Of a stretch of DNA of 64,000 nt, positions 9,457 to 18,286 are shown piece by piece (the stretch's first letter is position 1; each line of letters starts with the position of its first letter). The translations under genes and the position numbers were made by a program. The DNA comes from Staphylococcus phage Machias. The notes under the pieces were generated by a model. It ran no database searches and was not told the origin of the DNA. It worked only from the letters and a program-made list of their open reading frames with translations. The stretch is taken from sequence record MW349128.1. The stretch is one strand, 5' to 3'.

Positions 9457-10104
9457 ATGTTAAAAATAAATAAAAGTAATTTAAAAGAGTCAAATTTAGA
9501 ATTTTCAGGAATTAAAGATTCATATCAAAAAGCTATAGATTATATTGATTTAGCATTTTTAGGAGATCAAAAGCATATAGTTAAAGGAAATGAATTTGTT
9601 AAGTTATTTTTAGAAAAAGAAAAAGAATTAAATACTGAAAAATATAATGGAAAATTAAGTAGATTAGATGTAATTTCAGTTAATGATTCTTTGAAATTCT
9701 TAATGAGAATCATGAATAATGAAATTCTAAATCCTAGAAATATTGTAGAAGAGAATACAATATCTTTATTAAACAAAGAAGATTGGAAATTAACTCATAA
9801 ACATATTATAAGATTATGTAATCAAATTATCCAACTTAATAATGAAGAACCTGAACAACAAAATGGTCTATATTATTTTTACATTATACAAAAAACTTTA
9901 AAAAATAACGAAATAGAAAATGTTAATAACATTGAAGATCTTAGAGAATTAATTATCGAGCTAGTCTATATGGATATTGATATTGAATATTTTGAAGATA
10001 AAAATTATGTAACATGGGATAATGTATTAATAGAAGAATATTTTGGAAGAGATATTGATATTATTGTAGATCAATTAATTAATAGTAAATCAGTTGAATT
10101 TTAA
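9457..10104 (+). CDS. hypothetical protein
   Basis: The track ORF 9337-10104 overlaps the previous gene. The in-frame ATG at 9457 has an AAGGAG RBS, so the start was trimmed to it. Confidence 0.55.
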   Translation: MLKINKSNLKESNLEFSGIKDSYQKAIDYIDLAFLGDQKHIVKGNEFVKLFLEKEKELNTEKYNGKLSRLDVISVNDSLKFLMRIMNNEILNPRNIVEENTISLLNKEDWKLTHKHIIRLCNQIIQLNNEEPEQQNGLYYFYIIQKTLKNNEIENVNNIEDLRELIIELVYMDIDIEYFEDKNYVTWDNVLIEEYFGRDIDIIVDQLINSKSVEF

Positions 10105-10132
10105 AAAGCGTAACGTATAATAAAATAAGCAT

Positions 10133-10178
10133 ATATTATAATTATGAAGAAAGAGTTAATGATAATCTCTTTCTTCAT
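10133..10178 (+). promoter_or_regulatory. TATATTATAAT box plus hairpin module
   Basis: TATATTATAATTATGAAGAAAGAG...CTCTTTCTTCAT (12-bp stem). Confidence 0.45.
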
Positions 10179-10200
10179 AAAATTAATGGAGGAATATATT

Positions 10201-10368
10201 ATGACAAAATTATTATTGAAATTATTAGCAGGATTTGGATTAGGAATTGTGATGGGAGTTGTTTTAGACAAGATTGAAGAAATGTCTATGCAAAAAGAAA
10301 TGGAAAAACAAGTTTTTAAAAGAGCTTCAGAAATAACTTTTGAACATCCGTTCGCTAAATTAAAATAA
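10201..10368 (+). CDS. small single-TM protein (paralog of 8861-9028)
   Basis: The internal Met of track ORF 10144-10368 sits after GGAGGAAT. The product MTKLLLKLLAGFGLGIVMGVV...ITFEHPFAKLK matches the paralog. Confidence 0.55.
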   Translation: MTKLLLKLLAGFGLGIVMGVVLDKIEEMSMQKEMEKQVFKRASEITFEHPFAKLK

Positions 10369-10510
10369 AAAAGGAGGAAACATTATGAAAATCACTATCA
10401 TTAATAAACAGAATGAAAAATCTTCTTATAGAATTAGTCTTAAAACTATTCTATTTGAAAGAAAATTAATTAAGAAATTATAAGGAGTTGAAAAAGATAC
10501 TGTTTTAAAG

Positions 10511-10570
10511 AGACCTAATGGACATGGATCAAGTTCATTAGGTCTATAATTTTCTATGATCCAACAAAAA
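10511..10570 (+). terminator. 10-bp perfect hairpin (AGACCTAATG/CATTAGGTCT) plus conserved box (copy 3)
   Basis: Same architecture as copy 2. Confidence 0.45.
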
Positions 10571-10595
10571 ACTAAAAAGAAAAGGATGATTTATT

Positions 10596-10766
10596 ATGTT
10601 AGACTTATTAAATGAAATTGAATTTATGGAAATTAACGAAGAGGAATTGCTAAACAATTATTCAGATGGAGCAAGATACCCATCTGAACAAACGTATAAA
10701 GAAATAGAATCTATACTAGATAGCTTTGATAATTCAGCTTTCGGATTAAGAAAATGGGGAGTTTAA
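10596..10766 (+). CDS. small hypothetical protein (56 aa, not in the ORF track)
   Basis: An ATG after AAAGGATGA and downstream of the conserved terminator box. This is a weak call. Confidence 0.3.
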   Translation: MLDLLNEIEFMEINEEELLNNYSDGARYPSEQTYKEIESILDSFDNSAFGLRKWGV

Positions 10767-11077
10767 TTAAAATGGTCAGAGAAGAAAAAATCAAACAATT
10801 GAAACAAGAATTACAAGCAATATTAGAAAAAGAAATTAGATTCGGAGATAAACCAATTTCAAATAAACAATTTGAAAGGAAATTAGATTTAATGAAACAA
10901 ATAGAGAAATTAAAATTTGACATTAGATCAGAAAGATATTTAAGAAATGTCAAAAAGAATAAAATTAAGGAATATAAAGTTAACAGTGATTATGCGAAAG
11001 CTGGAAGATTACATCAATCTTTCCAAAGTAAAGAAGAGCATAATCTATGGAAAGACGATTTATTAGTAATTCAATAA
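10754..11077 (+). CDS. hypothetical protein (paralog of 9135-9443)
   Basis: AKAGRLH motif is present. An alternative start is possible at 10772. Confidence 0.55.
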   Translation: MGSLIKMVREEKIKQLKQELQAILEKEIRFGDKPISNKQFERKLDLMKQIEKLKFDIRSERYLRNVKKNKIKEYKVNSDYAKAGRLHQSFQSKEEHNLWKDDLLVIQ

Positions 11078-11082
11078 TATAA

Positions 11083-11340
11083 ATGGAGGATTTTATTATG
11101 AAAATTTTAAGATTAAGAACTGAATGGGCATTAGTTTTAGGTATGACATTAGGATCAACTATTGGTTTAATGTCAAATGATTTCTTTGTAGGAGCTACAA
11201 TTTCTATGTTAACACCATTAATTGCTATAGCAATTAATTATGCAATTGGAGATGAAAGAAAATCTAAAATACAAGAAAGTAAAAGTAATAAAGTATACTA
11301 TATTAGAATAAATAGTGAGAAAGGAGATGTATTTAGATAA
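11083..11340 (+). CDS. small membrane protein
   Basis: 85 aa with two TM segments. It is paralogous to the next ORF. Confidence 0.5.
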   Translation: MEDFIMKILRLRTEWALVLGMTLGSTIGLMSNDFFVGATISMLTPLIAIAINYAIGDERKSKIQESKSNKVYYIRINSEKGDVFR

Positions 11341-11537
11341 TGAATGAAGAAAAAAGATTATTGAAACTAAAGCCATGGATATTATTTTGGTTTACTTTTA
11401 TAATTGGTTTTATCATAGGAGAAATGATTGGATACGTAGAAGGAAAATCTTTAGCACTTGGATTAGTATTATCAGCTGTATCATTATTAATTAATTATAC
11501 AGTAGGAGAAATTAGGAAAGGAAATTTTTGGAAATAA
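11340..11537 (+). CDS. small membrane protein
   Basis: 65 aa with two TM segments. Its start codon overlaps the previous stop. Confidence 0.5.
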   Translation: MNEEKRLLKLKPWILFWFTFIIGFIIGEMIGYVEGKSLALGLVLSAVSLLINYTVGEIRKGNFWK

Positions 11538-11567
11538 TCAATTAAACTATAAGGAGGTGTATCGGAT

Positions 11568-11678
11568 ATGTTAATCGCAAACTTTATTACAATCATCGTG
11601 TTGCTTGTATTCATGAAAGCAACAGGATGTTTCAAATTTATGAAAGAAGTCTTCAATAATAACAATGAAGATAAATAG
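11568..11678 (+). CDS. micro-ORF encoding a 36-aa single-TM peptide (not in the ORF track)
   Basis: MLIANFITIIVLLVFMKATG... follows a GGAGG RBS. It is followed by the GAGTGGAT/ATCCACTC hairpin. Confidence 0.35.
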   Translation: MLIANFITIIVLLVFMKATGCFKFMKEVFNNNNEDK

Positions 11679-11686
11679 ATTTAAAA

Positions 11687-11714
11687 GAGTGGATTATTTT
11701 CTATGATCCACTCT
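11687..11714 (+). terminator. hairpin GAGTGGAT/ATCCACTC whose loop carries TATTTTCTATG (copy 4 of the box)
   Basis: Perfect 8-bp stem. It precedes the GC-rich island gene. Confidence 0.4.
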
Positions 11715-11731
11715 ACATATTAAAAATAAAG

Positions 11732-12013
11732 GTGGACGACAAAATGACAGATACAATTAAAATTATTAAAACAAAAAGAGGATTCCAACCTCAAATAAAT
11801 GGAGTGACAGTTCTAGAGGTGGTAGCTAAAGACAAAGAGGGTCTGGATCTTGCTCTATCTCAAGATGTGTTTGACCTAACTGAAGCCATCGAGAGACAGT
11901 TTCACGATGAGGAGAACAACTTCGGTCTCCTGTTCCACATGGCAGGAGCAGACGGAAGAAAGCAGGAAGAAGTCTTTGAATTCTTTGAAGGCTTTGACGT
12001 TGACGTATTCTGA
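11732..12013 (+). CDS. acidic hypothetical protein encoded by a GC-rich island
   Basis: The 93-aa ORF is roughly 48% GC by eye against an estimated 25% background. It is flanked by hairpins on both sides. Confidence 0.55.
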   Translation: MDDKMTDTIKIIKTKRGFQPQINGVTVLEVVAKDKEGLDLALSQDVFDLTEAIERQFHDEENNFGLLFHMAGADGRKQEEVFEFFEGFDVDVF

Positions 12014-12090
12014 TCATTGTTAGGCTATCTATTAAGGTAGATAGCTTATAGAGTGATTAACTCACTATTAAAATTAAAGGAGAAATTATT

Positions 12091-12681
12091 ATGAAAAAAA
12101 TTTTAGGTGTATTAGGTGTAGTAGTATTATTAGCGGTATTAGGTGTAACAGTTTTATTTGGATACAGTCAATATAAGAATATAAAAAGTAATGATAAAGA
12201 ACTGAAGACAGAACAAAAACAAGAAGTTAAAGAAAAACCTAATAAAAATAACAACGAAGAAAATAACAAAGAAGTAAACAACGAAGAGAATCAATCTTTA
12301 GAAACAGAACAAAGTTCAGATTCAACAGAAGTTAATAGTAATGTTGAAAATACTCAAGAAGTTGATAACAGTGACCAACCAAAAGCAGATGATCCTCAAA
12401 GCATAAACGAAGAAATTATTAAGGCTGATAAGAATGGAGATGGAATTGCCACAACAGATGAAATGACACCAGAGCTAAATAGATTAGCCGAAGAAGGTAA
12501 ATTCCAACCAGTTTCACCTGAAATGGCGAATCCTGAACTTCATAAAAAATATGAATTGAGCGAAGAAGAAAAACATAGTGGTTCTGAAGAAGAAGATATG
12601 GATGCAGAATATGAAAAGCAAAAAGAGATGTATGAGAAAGCATCTAGAGGGGAAATTCCAGAACCAGGCGAAGGTATGTAA
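12091..12681 (+). CDS. signal-anchored protein with low-complexity region and EF-hand-like loop
   Basis: N-terminal MKKILGVLGVVVLLAVLGVTVLFGY, then N/E/Q-rich sequence. DKNGDGIATTDE fits the 12-residue EF-hand loop consensus. First of three tandem paralogs. Confidence 0.55.
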   Translation: MKKILGVLGVVVLLAVLGVTVLFGYSQYKNIKSNDKELKTEQKQEVKEKPNKNNNEENNKEVNNEENQSLETEQSSDSTEVNSNVENTQEVDNSDQPKADDPQSINEEIIKADKNGDGIATTDEMTPELNRLAEEGKFQPVSPEMANPELHKKYELSEEEKHSGSEEEDMDAEYEKQKEMYEKASRGEIPEPGEGM

Positions 12682-12728
12682 TTGATATAATTGAATAGAA
12701 TAAATAAAATATTAAAGGAGAATTTATT

Positions 12729-13184
12729 ATGAAAAAATTATTAGGTGTATTAGGTGTATTAGTATTATTATCAGTATTGGGAGTAACAGTATTATTTGGT
12801 TATTCAGTATATAAAGATCTAAATGAAACTCAAGAAGAGCAAAATAAAGTATCTCAAGAAAATAATCAAAAAGATTCTGAAGAAGATAAAAATCAAGAAA
12901 CGGTAAGTAACACACAAACAAATAACAATCAAGAACAAGCAGTTCAAGAAGAAACTCCAAGTCAAGAAGAAAATAATAATGTAGACACTAGTAATAAAGT
13001 TAATACAGATATCGGTACTATGAGCGATGAAGAATTAATGGAATACTATATGACTTACATGGATGAAAATGACAGAGCTATTACTGAAGGAAAAGTAGAA
13101 GCACAACGTGGTAATGAATATGTTGATAGCATCAGAGAAGAAGTAAACAATAACCCAGACATCATTAAAGAATGGGCAAAATAA
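12729..13184 (+). CDS. signal-anchored low-complexity protein (paralog 2)
   Basis: Same N-terminal anchor, MKKLLGVLGVLVLLSVLGVTVLFGY. Confidence 0.55.
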   Translation: MKKLLGVLGVLVLLSVLGVTVLFGYSVYKDLNETQEEQNKVSQENNQKDSEEDKNQETVSNTQTNNNQEQAVQEETPSQEENNNVDTSNKVNTDIGTMSDEELMEYYMTYMDENDRAITEGKVEAQRGNEYVDSIREEVNNNPDIIKEWAK

Positions 13185-13210
13185 AAATAAATTAAAAGGG
13201 GAAATTAAAA

Positions 13211-13651
13211 ATGAAAAAACTATTAATAGGTTTAAGTGCAATTTTAGTATTGGCAGTATTATTCGTAGGAGCTTTATTTGCATACACAAGTTATAAGGAT
13301 TTACAATTAGAAAAACAAAAATTACAAACTGAACAAAAAGAAGTTAAAAAGGAAAAAGAGAATAAGAAAGAAAAAGAACAACAGCAAAATACAGAATCTC
13401 AACAACAGGCTACAAATGAAAATGATCAACAAACTACAAATAACAATGTAGCAGAAAATGATAATGTAAACACTAGCAATGAAGTTCAACAAAATGAAAC
13501 ATCAACAGAAGAACCAGTATATTCAGCGAATGGTCGTGAAGAAGAGTTAGCTGCAGAAGGTGAAGTTAAATCACCAGGTGAACCAGGAAGTACTTCAAGA
13601 GAAATCACTCCAGAAACAGATCCAGAATTATTTGAACTTGAAGAAGAATAA
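13211..13651 (+). CDS. signal-anchored low-complexity protein (paralog 3)
   Basis: Same architecture, with a Q/N/E-rich tail. Confidence 0.55.
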   Translation: MKKLLIGLSAILVLAVLFVGALFAYTSYKDLQLEKQKLQTEQKEVKKEKENKKEKEQQQNTESQQQATNENDQQTTNNNVAENDNVNTSNEVQQNETSTEEPVYSANGREEELAAEGEVKSPGEPGSTSREITPETDPELFELEEE

Positions 13652-13678
13652 TAATATAAATTATAAGGAGAAATCATA

Positions 13679-13921
13679 ATGATTAAAACGTTAACTAGAA
13701 AAGAAGAAACATTTAATAGATTTATTTCAAATTTAGGACTAACTAATGTGTATGATAGTTTCATTATACATGTACCATCAGGACCTAAATTTATTAAATT
13801 AAATGAATTTGATGAAATTGAAGTGTATAAAAATCATCATAGTGAATTAATCAAAGTAGTTATTATGGATGAATACAATGATGATCTAGATTTATTTCTC
13901 AAAATAACAAGAGGTATTTGA
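13679..13921 (+). CDS. hypothetical protein
   Basis: 80 aa, followed by a 13-bp perfect-stem terminator. Confidence 0.5.
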   Translation: MIKTLTRKEETFNRFISNLGLTNVYDSFIIHVPSGPKFIKLNEFDEIEVYKNHHSELIKVVIMDEYNDDLDLFLKITRGI

Positions 13922-13927
13922 ATTATT

Positions 13928-13977
13928 AGATCATGGATCTTTTTATAGATCCATGATCTTCATTAATTATTTTTTTA
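13928..13977 (+). terminator. rho-independent terminator
   Basis: AGATCATGGATCT...AGATCCATGATCT 13-bp stem followed by a T-run. Confidence 0.65.
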
Positions 13978-13987
13978 CAAGAAAGAA

Positions 13988-14659
13988 GTGTATAAAGTGG
14001 AAGAAATTATAATAACAATTTTAACTGTAATAATGGTATATATTACTTATTTTTCTTTATTTAAAATTCTTGTAACAGCGTATAAAGAAAAATTAGATAA
14101 GAAATTTTTACCAACTGTATTAACATTATCAGGTTTAGTATTTCCAATAGTTTCACTTATATTTAATCATGAAGTAGCTAAATCATATATTGTATATTAT
14201 TTCTTTATAATACTTATGATAAATATAATTATAAGAAAAATTTTAAAAGGTTATGACGTAATTATTTATACAATAATATTTTATTCTTTATATATGGTGA
14301 ATGTAAACTATGAGATAACTGATACTACTTATATGGGTATATTCATTATAATTATAATGAGTCTAATACCTATGATAAGATATACATTATTTCAATATGA
14401 ATTAATAAAAGAAAGTGATGGAAATTTAAGTTTTGAAAACAAGAAATATGTATTTAGTAATTTAGAAATGAAAGATAAAGATGGAAATATAATTAAATTT
14501 GAAGAACTTATAAAAAATTTTAAAGACAATAAGGACTTAGAAAAGTATTTAGATAGTATAATATTTAAAGTATATGAAGAAAGAATAAATAAAAAATTAT
14601 TCTATTTTCATATTATAATGGGATTATTAACTATATACTTTCTATTATCTCAAATTTAA
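13988..14659 (+). CDS. membrane protein
   Basis: 223 aa with about four TM segments. Confidence 0.55.
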   Translation: MYKVEEIIITILTVIMVYITYFSLFKILVTAYKEKLDKKFLPTVLTLSGLVFPIVSLIFNHEVAKSYIVYYFFIILMINIIIRKILKGYDVIIYTIIFYSLYMVNVNYEITDTTYMGIFIIIIMSLIPMIRYTLFQYELIKESDGNLSFENKKYVFSNLEMKDKDGNIIKFEELIKNFKDNKDLEKYLDSIIFKVYEERINKKLFYFHIIMGLLTIYFLLSQI

Positions 14660-14662
14660 ATA

Positions 14663-14702
14663 TATATTATAAAAATGAGTAATATTAATTAATATTACTC
14701 AA
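14663..14702 (+). promoter_or_regulatory. TATATTATAAA box plus hairpin module
   Basis: TATATTATAAAAATGAGTAATATTAATTAATATTACTCA. Confidence 0.45.
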
Positions 14703-14716
14703 AAATAAAATAAAAG

Positions 14717-15241
14717 GTGGAAATAAAAATGAAATATTATTTAATTGGTAAATTTACTAGTAACAGAGAATTTAAAGGAAGAGAATATATTTATAAAGTG
14801 CCAGAAAAATTAGTAACTCCAGAACTTATAGAAAATATTGGATCTTTTGATAGAGATTATGCTTTAGTAACTACTGCAAATTATAGCACAGCTACAACAT
14901 TAGAAGATTTTGCGGTTAGCGTTAAACCAATTAGAGTTGAATCTATTATGACAGAAGATGAATTCATTAGATCAGAATATGTAAAAGATTTAAATGATTT
15001 AGAATATAGAACTGATGAAGAAGATGAAGTTCATGAATATAAAGAAATTATAAGTTTTATTGGTAGAGATATTTTTGAACATTTTAAAAATCTAGATAAG
15101 AAGAAAGAAAAAGAAAAATTAGAAAAGTTAATGAAATTAAGAATGCAGAAATTAGAATCTGAAAAAGATATTGAAGACAAAATTTCTAAATATGAAGATA
15201 AAGAATTATCTGAATTGTATAATAAATACAAAGAACTATAA
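14717..15241 (+). CDS. hypothetical protein
   Basis: 174 aa with a promoter-hairpin module upstream and a Lys/Glu coiled-coil tail. Confidence 0.55.
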   Translation: MEIKMKYYLIGKFTSNREFKGREYIYKVPEKLVTPELIENIGSFDRDYALVTTANYSTATTLEDFAVSVKPIRVESIMTEDEFIRSEYVKDLNDLEYRTDEEDEVHEYKEIISFIGRDIFEHFKNLDKKKEKEKLEKLMKLRMQKLESEKDIEDKISKYEDKELSELYNKYKEL

Positions 15242-15243
15242 TA

Positions 15244-15465
15244 ATGAATCCCAATGAGATAAATATTCTCATTGGGATTATTTTAATTAAATTAATAGGA
15301 GTTGAATTGGATATGTTTGAGACGATATTTTTATTTTCTTTATTATTAATTGCTTTTATAATAGGTTTTATTGGAATGAAAAAAGAATTAATGACAATGG
15401 TATTATTAGCTATGATAATTGCAATTGGAGAAGTCATATTAACAATAACATTTTTATCAATATAA
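15244..15465 (+). CDS. small membrane protein
   Basis: 73 aa with two TM segments. Confidence 0.45.
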   Translation: MNPNEINILIGIILIKLIGVELDMFETIFLFSLLLIAFIIGFIGMKKELMTMVLLAMIIAIGEVILTITFLSI

Positions 15466-15487
15466 TAAATAGGGAGCTGAAACGGAT

Positions 15488-15985
15488 ATGTTAAAAAATA
15501 AAAATATTGAAATTAATCAAGATATTATTAATAATGAATTACTAAAAACAAAATACTTAGAAATGGAGATTACAAAAATGTTTAAAAATGACTTATTATT
15601 AAATTTAAGATATCTAAAAGATAATCTATTATCATCATGGTTATTTGATATGAGTGTAGCACATTTTACTAATTTAGAGGTTTTCTATGATCCTGACTAT
15701 AAAATTAAAATGACTTTTATAGTAGATGATAAAAATATCGAATATACTTTAAATGAATCAGTTCAAGAAATGATTTATAATTTCATGATTAAAAAATCAG
15801 ATGATGAAAGAGCATGTGAGATTATTAAATCTATTATTGAATTTGAATATTTTAAAAAGATGAATAAAAAGGGTCATGATATTGATATGGAGTATGCTAA
15901 TTTACTTATGGATAAAGTTAAAGAATTACAAGATAAATACAATATTAGTAATAAACAAGCTAAGAAATTATATATTGCTTATTAA
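15488..15985 (+). CDS. hypothetical protein
   Basis: 165-aa ORF. Confidence 0.55.
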   Translation: MLKNKNIEINQDIINNELLKTKYLEMEITKMFKNDLLLNLRYLKDNLLSSWLFDMSVAHFTNLEVFYDPDYKIKMTFIVDDKNIEYTLNESVQEMIYNFMIKKSDDERACEIIKSIIEFEYFKKMNKKGHDIDMEYANLLMDKVKELQDKYNISNKQAKKLYIAY

Positions 15986-15996
15986 AGGAGATAGTT

Positions 15997-16191
15997 ATGG
16001 CTGGAAGAAACTATAAATTAACACCTAAAGAACGTAAAGAAGTAATGCAATATATAATTCATAATAATTGGAAAACATTAGATCAATTTGCTGAAAGATT
16101 TAATGTTAGTAGACAGTGTATTACTGATATTATTGATTATTATGAAAATATGTACGGAAGAACATTTTATAGAAGGAAGAAAGAGAAGTGA
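15997..16191 (+). CDS. small HTH DNA-binding protein
   Basis: DQFAERFNVSRQCITDII has a helix-turn-helix-like pattern. The protein is 64 aa and basic. Confidence 0.45.
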   Translation: MAGRNYKLTPKERKEVMQYIIHNNWKTLDQFAERFNVSRQCITDIIDYYENMYGRTFYRRKKEK

Positions 16192-16197
16192 TAAATT

Positions 16198-16821
16198 ATG
16201 AAAAATAAAGTAAATATATTTGACTGGTATCTTTATAAAACAGGTTATGATGCAATGATACCTTTTATAATTAAAATGATAATGATGCTTGGATCAGTAT
16301 TATTATTCTTTTCATTACTAGGAGTTAGCTCTAAATTAGCATTACTATCTTTATTTGTATTAGTTCCAATAATAATTTCTTCTATAATTATAGGTGAAAA
16401 ATATTTTAATTCAAGAATAATGGAAGAGTATCAACATTTAAATAAATCATATAAGTATAAAGGAAAATATTATTCTGCATGGTATATAATATTAAATAGT
16501 AAAGATCCATACTTCAAAGAGTTAATGGATATTATGAGAAATGACGGCACTCTTAGTGAAGACCGTAATATACTTTATAATCTAGACGGACTATATATGC
16601 CTCCATTTAAAAAAGGAGTTATAGAAAGTCATGAAAGGAAATATAAAAATCACTGGAAAAATAATATTGAAACTAATCGTCTTTTAACGTATATTGAATT
16701 CTTAAGATATAAAAAGAATAAACTTAAGATAGAAAAATCAAATGAGATGGTTAAAGAAATAAAAGAATTTCAAGATTACTATAATTTAAACACTAAAGGA
16801 GAAAATAAAAATGAATACTAA
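16198..16821 (+). CDS. membrane protein
   Basis: 207 aa with two N-terminal TM segments. Confidence 0.55.
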   Translation: MKNKVNIFDWYLYKTGYDAMIPFIIKMIMMLGSVLLFFSLLGVSSKLALLSLFVLVPIIISSIIIGEKYFNSRIMEEYQHLNKSYKYKGKYYSAWYIILNSKDPYFKELMDIMRNDGTLSEDRNILYNLDGLYMPPFKKGVIESHERKYKNHWKNNIETNRLLTYIEFLRYKKNKLKIEKSNEMVKEIKEFQDYYNLNTKGENKNEY

Positions 16822-17275
16822 AATTATCGCAGCATTTCCAGGTACAGGTAAATCTTATATTAAAAACAATATCACATTCTTAAAAACATCTGATTCGGAT
16901 TCAACTAGCTTTTCATGGTTAGTAAAAGATGGGGAAAAGATTAGAGATCCTAGATTTCCAAAGAATTATATTCGTTATATTAAAGACCTTTATTATAAGA
17001 ATGTAATGGATTACATTTTTGTATCTACACACAAAGAGGTTATCCAAGAATTGATTGATAATAATTTAGAATTTGTTGTAGCTTATCCTAAACGTTCAGA
17101 TAAAGAAATTTATCTAAATAGATATAAAGAAAGAGGTTCAGATAGTAAATTCATTGAACTTCTTGATAATATGTTTGATAGTTTTATAGATGATATAGAG
17201 AATAAAGTTCCTGAAGAAAACAGAATTGAACTCAATCATAATGAATATCTAGCTAATGTATTAGATAAAATTTAA
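16811..17275 (+). CDS. P-loop NTPase (putative nucleotide kinase)
   Basis: Walker A motif AFPGTGKSY at the N-terminus. The 154-aa size suits a small kinase. Confidence 0.45.
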   Translation: MNTKIIAAFPGTGKSYIKNNITFLKTSDSDSTSFSWLVKDGEKIRDPRFPKNYIRYIKDLYYKNVMDYIFVSTHKEVIQELIDNNLEFVVAYPKRSDKEIYLNRYKERGSDSKFIELLDNMFDSFIDDIENKVPEENRIELNHNEYLANVLDKI

Positions 17276-17291
17276 ATAAGGAGATATTAAT

Positions 17292-17744
17292 ATGAAATAC
17301 TTTAAAACAATTTTGAGAGGAAAAGAATGTTATTTTCAAGGTAAAAGTAAAGAAACGGTCTTTGATGAATTAATAAAAAGTGAAATATTTAAGGTGAATA
17401 GTTTTGTATTAACACTAACCAGCGAAATATCTTTTGATACCGAGACTTTATCCGAAGATATTATATTTTTCTTTTATGGTGAAGAAGATGATGGTTTAAT
17501 AGTTAAAGATGTTAATAATTTAATTATAAGTAAATTAAAAGATGAATTTGAATATGAACAATATTATGATGATACGATACTTATTCCAGAAGATGAAGAA
17601 GGATTAATAAAAATAATAGACAATGTACTATTAATTATTAAAAATAATCTAAGTGAAGGATATTGTAATTCAATGGATTTTAATTTAAGAGATATAACAG
17701 AGAAAGAGTATAAAAATAATTTAATAAAGGACAATTTTAGATAA
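17292..17744 (+). CDS. hypothetical protein; member of the C-terminal EYKxxLIK family
   Basis: Ends ...EKEYKNNLIKDNFR. Confidence 0.5.
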   Translation: MKYFKTILRGKECYFQGKSKETVFDELIKSEIFKVNSFVLTLTSEISFDTETLSEDIIFFFYGEEDDGLIVKDVNNLIISKLKDEFEYEQYYDDTILIPEDEEGLIKIIDNVLLIIKNNLSEGYCNSMDFNLRDITEKEYKNNLIKDNFR

Positions 17745-18214
17745 TGAAGAATAAAAAGAATATAGATAAATTAATAAATAATAACTTAAAATTACCAGTT
17801 GAAGTTACACAAAATTATATCAATAATTTCATATATAAATCATTAGATACAATTAATAAAGAAACTGAAGTTAAACCAAATAGAACTTATATTATTAATG
17901 AAAAACATAATCTATTTCATAAAGCAGAAAATTTTATTGATTGTATATTAGAAATGTTGGATGTTGAAGTGGGAACTTTAATAGACAATGAAGATTTAAA
18001 ATTAGTAAGGAATATTAAAAAGGATGATATAGGTAGAGATATTGAAATATATACAACTATAGAAACCTTAACATACAATAATTCAATTACAATGTTGTTA
18101 GTAAAAAGTATTAATAATAAAAATAAATCTGTAGTTGGAGATTTAATATTTGATATTAATATAGGTAATAAATTAGGTAAGGATAATTATAATAAAAATA
18201 TCTATTTAAATTAA
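17744..18214 (+). CDS. hypothetical protein
   Basis: 156-aa ORF. Confidence 0.5.
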   Translation: MKNKKNIDKLINNNLKLPVEVTQNYINNFIYKSLDTINKETEVKPNRTYIINEKHNLFHKAENFIDCILEMLDVEVGTLIDNEDLKLVRNIKKDDIGRDIEIYTTIETLTYNNSITMLLVKSINNKNKSVVGDLIFDINIGNKLGKDNYNKNIYLN

Positions 18215-18223
18215 TTATAAGTA

Positions 18224-18254
18224 TATATTATATAAATGAAGTTGATAAACTTCA
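18224..18254 (+). promoter_or_regulatory. TATATTATATAA box plus hairpin module
   Basis: TATATATTATATAAATGAAGTTGATAAACTTCAT. Confidence 0.4.
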
Positions 18255-18286
18255 TATCAATTAAAACAATAGGAGTGAAATAGATA

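Noticed and set aside
9567-9776. Short antisense or overlapping ORFs (also 10711-10953, 11826-12017, 12419-12643, 12727-12960, 13035-13289, 13486-13764, 15031-15231, 15186-15437, 20206-20457, 21749-21961, 29710-30150, 30299-30499, 31439-31633, 42489-42761, 43626-43847, 45864-46145, 46081-46269, 53576-53773, 53911-54111, 55905-56264, 57518-57742, 60814-61014, 61638-61862)
   Set aside because: Each overlaps a longer, better-supported gene on the opposite strand or in another frame. They have hydrophobic or low-complexity products and no SD.
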